A DNA stretch of 18,013 nucleotides. Origin: Macrostomum lignano (taxonomy: Eukaryota). The stretch spans positions 1 to 18,013 of the forward strand of contig NIVC01003050.1 of NCBI GenBank assembly GCA_002269645.1, written 5' to 3'. Below, piece after piece: positions 11,156 through 18,013 of the stretch. The notes beneath the pieces were generated by a model that was not told the DNA's origin, made no database searches, and saw nothing but the letters and a program-made list of their open reading frames with translations. Numbering within the stretch: the first letter of the stretch is position 1; every line of letters starts with the position of its first letter. Position numbers and translations under genes: made by a program.

Positions 11156-11355
11156 TTAGGGTTTAGATTAGCATAGGTTTAGGGTTTAGGTTAGAGCCTA
11201 ATTTAGGGTTTAGGCTTGGGTTAGGGTTAGGGTTAGGGTTTGGGTTTGGATTAAAGTTTTGGGTTAGGCTTTAGGTCTAAGTTGCATGGGTTTAGGACTA
11301 GGGTTTAGGTTAGGGTTTTTTGGTTATAGAGTTTAGGCTTAAGTTTGGGTTGAGG
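11156..11355 (+). repeat. Degenerate interstitial telomere-like repeat (TTAGGG/TTTAGG variants)
   Basis: About 200 bp of TTAGGG-like units, with an exact GGGTTAGGGTTAGGGTTAGGG at 11218-11238. Confidence 0.85.
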
Positions 11356-12189
11356 CCTTGGCAGTTTTCATAGATTCGCTTTCCATAGAGTTTGTCTGAA
11401 GCACAAATGTCTAGGCACTTATTTGTGTTTGCAGGGAACTTCTTCGATAATCTTGATAAGTCCTTGAAAAGCAATTTACCAGTACAAGTTACATGTGCCA
11501 GCTGTATTGTCATATGTGCGTAACATGCACGGGCACTGCATAAAAAACTGAAGTACATGAAAATTATAGCTTATATCCCTCCAAAGTACTCAATATACAC
11601 CAGTAAAACATGAGCTAAACAGTGGGCATCCTCCCGCTTCTGCACATGCATGTATACGAGTAATGTGCATAACAGTAGTTACTGGCAGACGTAATCGAAG
11701 AAAAATCAGTTGCAAACATAAATACAACAATAAATAAAATAATCGCGTGAAGTATCATAACTGCACAAATTAATAGCCATCCTTTGCCGAAGCCTAAATA
11801 ATTTTTGTATTTGAGTTGCCAAATAAACGCGTGCTATACATGTACCCAGTCAGCAGTGCATGGCAATGAAATTTCATGGCTTGCGGTTTATTTTATACTT
11901 GTTTAAATTGTTTAAATCATGCGAGTCTTCACTTATGTGCAAGCCAAAGAATACTAATCGTCCTTGGGTTCACGGTTTGAATGTAAGGTCCGTCCCGTCC
12001 CTGCAACCTTGGGCACCACTCGAAAGTTTTTTAAGATCAGTAGTAATTTTGAACTAAAATGAAGTTTTTGTTATTCACTCGAGAGTTAAAAAATTAAATC
12101 TTTTTAAGTTTTTCATAATAGCAACTTAATTTCAGTCATTTAGGACTAATTTCTTTTGATAAAATATTCATTAGTTTGTTATACTTAAC

Positions 12190-12203
12190 ATCCCCATAAC
12201 AAC
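12190..12203. promoter_or_regulatory. X-box (RFX-site)-like motif ATCCCCATAACAAC upstream of the dynein ATG
   Basis: Fits the relaxed consensus RYYNYYWWRRNRAC and ends 124 bp before the predicted start codon of a ciliary gene. The consensus is degenerate, so a chance match is possible. Confidence 0.4.
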
Positions 12204-12326
12204 GCCAAAGCGCGTAAAGACAATTAAACTGCCATTCCGATATTTGATCCTGAGCCCCCGCTTCATAAATAATTAATGCAATTGTAGTACACTGTCAGAA
12301 TGTTATTGATTTAAAGTACATCAAAA

Positions 12327-12428
12327 ATGCCTGGTGACCCAGAGCAAGGAAGGCGCTCAAACAGTGCCCAGAAGAGCAAGGCACGTGTTTCAGTTTTGAC
12401 TAGCGGAGAAAATATAAAGGAAAAACAG
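12327..12428 (+). CDS. DNAH5: Axonemal dynein heavy chain (DNAH5/8 family), predicted coding exon 1: MPGDPEQGRRSNSAQKSKARVSVLTSGENIKEKQ
   Basis: ATG in caaaaATG context, 34 open codons and a CAG|GTGAGC donor in phase 0 that matches exon 2. The peptide has no recognisable homology, so the call rests on splice logic. Confidence 0.65.
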
Positions 12429-13556
12429 GTGAGCTGAAATGAATAATTTTGAATTCACTTTTCAGGGTTTATTTATTTCACTACATTTTCTATTTAAATA
12501 TTCTTTAAGAAATGAAGTATTTAAAAAATATTTTAAAAATGATTTCTGCAATTTTTGTTACTGCCAAATCGATAGTGTTGAAACAACATGAGCGCGTAGC
12601 CGTAGACGATTCAGTATTATCAGGTGATGACCGAGGAAAAATCGAAATTAAATATTCTTTAGGTCTTAACACAGTTTCTGCGCATGTACTCTTGTATAAC
12701 GCAATTAATAATTATAGTACGCCTTAGATTTATGTCTTAGTCAGGTATCTTGCATATTTTACTCGTAATTAAATTCCATTTTATAATTTGAAGGAATCAA
12801 GGTTAGACACAGGAATGGTAGTAGCATATAGTTAAATATAGCAAAATAGCTCAAATGACTGGAAGAAAAGTTAAAGAAAATACAAAGCAAATGATAATCA
12901 AAGCAAATTTATTAACCGATTTTTTGCTTTTTCTATGAACACTTTTCTTCTGTGAAACTGCTGAAGCTAAAACGTATTGTAACATTTTCAATCGAATAGA
13001 ATTTTTATGCTTAAATTTCTTTTAAATTTTTACATTTTAACCCCAAATTCAGTGTTTTTTATTTTATTATATTGTTTCTTCTAAGACATATTATCTTAAT
13101 TACTGAAACGGGAATTAAGGTTAATTTCAATGCCCAAAGCCCCGATAAAATGCAATTTTCAGAAATAATTGCTTTGGAAATTTAAAACGAAATATTATTT
13201 TCTTCTTGTACAGTTCAAGATTTTTTTACAACTAAAACGCATTTTTTCACACGAATCTAAAAGGGCCAAAATTCGTGGTGACGAAAATGATTTTTCAAAG
13301 CCAACCCTCAGTGCTTCGTTTTACTCGTACGTGGCTTTTGTTAATTCTTTCGTGCTTGGAATTTGCGAATACTTTGCCGATCTCCGAGAAAAACTTCACG
13401 TATTTGTCCAAGCCCCACCCCCGCAGCTCAACACCTGTCAATCTGTGACTCTCCTACCAGACCTGCACAGCTGCATTACTTTCGCTTTTCTCTCTGCACA
13501 GCTTCATGCCTCAAGAGTTTTGACTAAAGCATTCTAATTAGCCGTCAAGCTGCCGC

Positions 13557-13571
13557 GTTGCTATTGGAAAC
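13557..13571. promoter_or_regulatory. X-box-like motif GTTGCTATTGGAAAC in dynein intron 1
   Basis: Two RFX-type half sites (GTTGCT and GGAAAC) with a 3-nt spacer, in a locally GC-richer island. Confidence 0.45.
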
Positions 13572-14006
13572 CGTGTGGCAGACTTGCAGCTGCGCCTGGG
13601 TGGCGCCTGAGGGTCAACGGGCAGTGCGGGTGGCCGTTCCTCCATGCCTCGCAGCATTTATAAATGGCTGACTGCTTAAAGACAAAATAATACAAGGTAA
13701 AATTTCACACCGAAGTCGGGTCAATCTACAGCATGCACAGCATTTTATGGATTGACCTAGCAACATGCTTCTTCGTAAAGTTAGTTCACTTTGACCGATT
13801 TTCTGAAGTTTTTTTCGTTTCGTTGTGTGAATTTCTCTGGTGGCCAAGCGCTACTTGAATAGCTGAAGCACTTTGAGCCTAATAAAGTGAAACTAGAACA
13901 AATTCCCACATTTTGTGCAGCATATTTTAATCATTTTTTGTATGTTTTCGATGCAACAATACGAACGTAGCTTTAATATTTGTTCATCCAACCGAATTCA
14001 ATGCAG

Positions 14007-14229
14007 CAAAAATTGAAAGAGGAACGCGAGGCCAAGCGGAACCAGCTGGATGACCGGCACCGGCACCTGCTGGACCAGGTGGCCGACTTCTACTGCCTGG
14101 ACCGAGCCGAGGTCGAAGACGGCATCCTTGATGGCAACAGCGTTGACCAGATGGAGCAGTTCTTCGCTGCTGACGGGCCATGCAAGATTTTCGTGCACTA
14201 CCAGGAGCCCGACCTGGATAGGGAGGCCC
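14007..14229 (+). CDS. DNAH5: DNAH5/8-family dynein heavy chain, exon 2
   Basis: Acceptor atgcAG at 14005-14006, donor GTAAGC at 14230. QKLKEEREAKRNQLDDRHRHLLDQVADFYCLDRAEVEDGILDGN matches the remembered human DNAH5 N-terminus (EKEAKRALLDARHNYLF...EVEDAILEGN). Confidence 0.93.
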
Positions 14230-14810
14230 GTAAGCCTGCAGCTCGGGTTTTTTCCACTTAACTTCAGGGACTTTCCTTCAGATCCTCAGTGAATACTGTT
14301 ACCCTTCATCTCGTCTCAAAGATTATAACAAAAAGTTAGTGCACCAATTCAAACGCTCATGAAATAAAAACAAACTGCTACCCAGAGCCGCGTCAGAACA
14401 GGTCGCACCGAAAGCCGGTCGGGACCGCCGAATTTTATTCTACAGGTATTTTTGAGGCTGAATAGGTCACGTCAGGTCACGCTGCCTATTTACCGCATAC
14501 ATATAGTCACTTAAAACTCAATATTATCGCTTAATACGTATTATGCTCACATTTCTAAATATATATAGTCAAGAGCGCTTTCACCCAACCCCGCAAGCTT
14601 AATAATTCAATGCCAATTGTTTATTTTTAATCACCCCTTAATTCTTATGCACCGCAAAGAGTGCAGGTAATTAATTTTGATAGCATTGCAAAGCATCCTT
14701 GCATAAGCTTCCGTTTCTGCTTTTTAAATTTTTCATAAAGTTTCCCTTGTCCCCTGGTGGGCTTAAATGGGACTTTTAGAGGGAGGCGAGTTTTAGCTAC
14801 GAGCGTATCT

Positions 14811-15497
14811 GAAGGATTGGTAGCATCCTGAGGGGATTGGTAGCATCCCGAGGAGATTGGTAGCATCCTGGGGGATTGGTAGCATCCCGAGGGGATTGGT
14901 AGCACCCTGAAGGATTGGTAGCATCCTGAGGGGATTGATAGCATCCTGAAGGTATTGGTAGCATCCTGAGGGGATTGGTAGCACCCTGAAGGTATTGGTA
15001 GCATCCTGAGGGGATTGGTAGCATCCTGAAGGGATTAGTAGCATCCTGAAGGGATTGGTAGCATCCTGAGGGGATTGGTAGCACCCTGAAGGTATTGGTA
15101 GCATCCTGAGGGGATTGGTAGCATCCTGAAGGTATTGGTAGCATCCTGAGGGGATTGGTAGCACCCTGAAGGTATTGGTAGCATCCTGAGGGATTGGTAG
15201 CACCCTGAAGGTATTGGTAGCATCCTGAGGGGATTGGTAGCACCCTGAAGGTATTGGTAGCATCCTGAGGAGATTGGTAGCATCCTGAAGGGATTGGTAG
15301 CATCCCGAGGGATTGGTAGCATCCTGAAGGGATTAGTAGCATCCTGAAGGGATTGGTAGCATCCGAGGGGATTGGTAGCATCCTGAAGGGATTGGTAGCA
15401 TCCCGAGGGGATTGGTAGCATCCCGAGGGGATTGGTAGCATCCTGAAGGGATTGGTAGCATCCCGAGGGGATTTGTAGCATCCTGAGGGGATTGGTT
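14811..15497. repeat. 20-21-bp minisatellite, consensus GGATTGGTAGCATCCTGAGGG, about 33 copies, dynein intron 2
   Basis: Read directly; GAAGGT/GAGGGG and CATCC/CACCC variants alternate. Confidence 0.98.
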
Positions 15498-15560
15498 GGA
15501 TTCTGAGCCAATGCATCCGTCACAAAAAGTGCATTACGTACTTTTATCTCGCACTCCCAG

Positions 15561-15905
15561 CCGATCACATCCGCATCGGCCAGCCGGGCACGAAATCCAC
15601 GCGCGCTCAGAAGCCGCGCATCTTCGTCTCGGACGGCGCCACGGCGCCAATCAAGGGACCCTGCGCCGTATTCATGCGCTCCAACTGCCAGACAGCCATC
15701 ACTGAGGCCAACATCGCCAAGGAGGTGAACTTTCTCAGCATCGACGGCTCCGACGGGGTACTGAAAGGTGTCGAACAGATTCTCTCCCAGCTGCTGGTGC
15801 CACAGCTTCGAGAACTTCAGGGCGGCTGGGGACAGCTGGAGACTCAGGAGCACGCGAAGCAGCACTTCCTCAACAGTCTGGAGAACTTCGTCAGCCTGCT
15901 CAACA
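15561..15905 (+). CDS. DNAH5: DNAH5/8-family dynein heavy chain, exon 3
   Basis: Acceptor cactcccAG at 15559-15560, donor GTGAGT at 15906, phase 1-1. KPRIFVSDG...CAVFMR...AITEANIAKEVNF...GWGQLE...QHFLNSLENFVSLL parallels DNAH5 KPKVFVTEG...AITPDNIHQEVSF...GWGELE...QEFLSSLEGFVNVL. Confidence 0.95.
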
Positions 15906-15942
15906 GTGAGTTGTGGGACCACTGCTTGCGATTCTCTATTGT

Positions 15943-16523
15943 CCTTGTCACTCTCCCATCCTCCTGGCACTCTCCCATCCTCCTGGCACTCTCCCATCCT
16001 CCTGGCACTCTCCCATCCTCCTAGCACTCTCCCATCCTCCTGGCACTCTTCTATCATCCTTGGCAGTCTTCTATCATTCTTGGCACTCTTCTATCATCTT
16101 TGACACTCTTCTATCATTGGCACTCTTCTATCATTGGCACTCTTCTATCATTCTTGGCACTCTTCTATCATTGGCACTCTTCTATCATCCTTGGCACTCT
16201 TCTATCATCCTTGGCACTCTTTTAACATTCTTGGCACTCTTCTATCATCCTTGGCACTCTCTCATCATCCTTGGCACTCTCCCATCATCCTTGGCACCCT
16301 TCTATCATCCTTGGCACTCTCCCATCATCCTTGGCACTCTTCTATCATCCTTGGCACTCTCCCATCATCCTTGGCACTCTTCTATCATCCTTGGCACTCT
16401 TCTATCATCCTTGGCACCCTTCTATCATCCTTGGCACTCTCCATCATCCTTGGCACTCTTCTATCATCCTTGGCACTCTCCCATCATCCTTGGCACTCTC
16501 CCATCATCCTTGGCACTCTTCTA
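15943..16523. repeat. 19-20-bp minisatellite, consensus CTTGGCACTCTTCTATCATC, about 29 copies, filling dynein intron 3
   Basis: 19-mer units (CTCTCCCATCCTCCTGGCA) at the 5' end change to 20-mer units that run up to the acceptor. Confidence 0.98.
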
Positions 16524-16527
16524 CCAG

Positions 16528-16868
16528 GCGCCCAAGACACCATCAACGACAAGGTGGTGCTGAAGCCGTGCACCGGCTTCGACCTGCGCCGGCTGAAATC
16601 CGTCACGGACCTGAACTCGGCGGCCTCGCACACGGAGAGCCTGACGGCCATCGAGGAGTGCGCGGCCGGCTGGATGAAGCAGATCGAGCAGGTGCTGGCC
16701 GAGACCGAGCAGATCCGGCGCGAGGCCGACAATGTGGGGCCTCGGGCCGAGCTGGAGTACTGGAAGCGGCGGATGGCCAAGTTCAACTACCTGCTGGACC
16801 AGCTCAAGTCGCACGACGTCAAGCAGGTTCTGGGCGTGCTCAACGCCGCCAAATCGCGCTCTTTGAAG
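16528..16868 (+). CDS. DNAH5: DNAH5/8-family dynein heavy chain, exon 4 (N-terminal tail region); the gene continues beyond the window
   Basis: Acceptor ctaccAG at 16526-16527, donor GTGAGC at 16869. [51 protein letters not shown] closely matches DNAH5 [51 protein letters not shown]. DNAH5 versus DNAH8 cannot be resolved by eye. Confidence 0.97.
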
Positions 16869-16950
16869 GTGAGCAGTCAAGTCTGAGTGTTGAAATTATG
16901 CACCAGATATGCATATTTATCTTTGCATGAATATTTCATCCTTCTTCCCT

Positions 16951-17222
16951 TCCTCTCCTCTCCTCTCCTCTCCTCTCCTCTCCTCTCCTCTCCTCTCCTC
17001 TCCTCTCCTCTCCTCTCCTCTCCTCTCCTCTCCTCTCCTCTCCTCTCCTCTCCTCTTCTCTCCTCTCCTCTCCTCTCCTCTCCTCTCCTCTCCTCTCCTC
17101 TCCTCTCCTCTCCTCTCCTCTCCTCTCCTCTCTCCTCTCCTCTCCTCTCCTCTCCTCTTATCTCCTCTCCTCTCCTCTCCTCTTATCTCCTCTCCTCTCC
17201 TCTTATCTCCTCTCCTCTCCTC
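16951..17222. repeat. (TCCTC)n pentanucleotide microsatellite, dynein intron 4
   Basis: About 54 units, nearly pure pyrimidine on +, decaying at the 3' end. Confidence 0.98.
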
Positions 17223-17782
17223 TCTAATCTTCTTTTCTCTATTCTAACCTCCTTTTCTATCGCCAATCTATCGTCTTGTCGCCAACGTTGCCCCTTGTAT
17301 CCACAAGTGCATATGCTGTGCAGTGTAATATTTATTTAATGCTTAATTTATTAACTTTGCACATAATTACAATTATGTATAGGATTACCTTGCGTGTCTG
17401 CACAAGGTCTCTGCTTTCGCATACAATTAAACGCTGGGGTCTCCCCGACCGCCCGTTTCTATCATTTCACTTTTTTATTTTCTTGTTTTCCTTACCTTCC
17501 TAAGATGAAGCGCCTCTGCTTTGCAGTTGCTATGGACGCCAAGCACCCTGTTGTGCGGTCTGTCTCTCTGAGTCTCTGCGTCTCTCTCACCCTTTCGGTT
17601 GTTTTACTGTGCGTGTTGGCTGAACCACGTCGAGTTTAGCGTGACAGGGGGTCGGGTCGGGTACGGCAAGACACACACAGAAAATTTTTAATCAAGACTC
17701 ACGCACTGCATTGTTAACCTGCTGTGCCAAAGGCTAAAGGCATCTTGAATTAGAAGCGCTCTCCTAACCTGTGACGCCTTCT

Positions 17783-17796
17783 CTCGCCATAGCAAC
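17783..17796. promoter_or_regulatory. X-box-like motif CTCGCCATAGCAAC in dynein intron 4
   Basis: 12/14 match to GTTGCCATAGCAAC, including an intact ATAGCAAC half. Confidence 0.35.
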
Positions 17797-18013
17797 CGCA
17801 CACCTATCTTCACTGCTCCTCTTCTACCTAAGCCGGGCAGGCAGTATTGTGCTAGTGCAGTGCTGCCTGCTTTCTCTATAAATTATTTTCGACTAAAATT
17901 TTCTGCCAAAGCTACTATTGGTAGAATATATCTTTTTAGTCGTAATTGCAATATTGAGTATTTAAATTATTTTTACATATTTAAAATCGCGCCAAAACAA
18001 GCATTATTATTTT

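Noticed and set aside
14645-15516. ORFs of repeated PIPSGCYQS peptides
   Set aside because: They are the 21-bp intronic minisatellite read antisense to the dynein gene.
15913-16527. HHPWHS/LALFY repeat ORFs fused to dynein sequence
   Set aside because: Intron 3 minisatellite; canonical splice sites remove it and restore collinearity with DNAH5.
16484-16880. Minus-strand ORFs over dynein exons (also 13984-14198, 15517-16057, 5601-5918 on +)
   Set aside because: Antisense open frames are expected from biased codon usage; no independent coding signal.

Overview
Eukaryotic (animal) genomic DNA with GC3-rich exons and introns filled by tandem repeats; the style suggests a repeat-rich invertebrate such as a free-living flatworm, but that is a guess. 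Two genes lie head-to-head, about 4 kb apart. (1) Minus strand: the 5' part of a multi-Ig-domain cell-surface protein resembling a very divergent Dscam (Ig1-Ig3). It has a candidate signal-peptide exon (~7815-7928), an intact Ig1 exon (5516-5932) and an Ig2+Ig3 exon (223-938) broken by several apparent 1-bp deletions. (2) Plus strand: exons 1-4 (337 codons, intact) of an axonemal outer-arm dynein heavy chain of the DNAH5/DNAH8 family, with X-box-like motifs nearby. Most introns carry their own micro- or minisatellite, and the very long ORFs in the track are artefacts of these repeats. The most unusual structure is a pair of mutually complementary repeat arrays flanking the frame-symmetric Ig1 exon. 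No prokaryotic features, RNA genes or recognisable autonomous transposon were found. All family assignments come from remembered sequences, not database searches.
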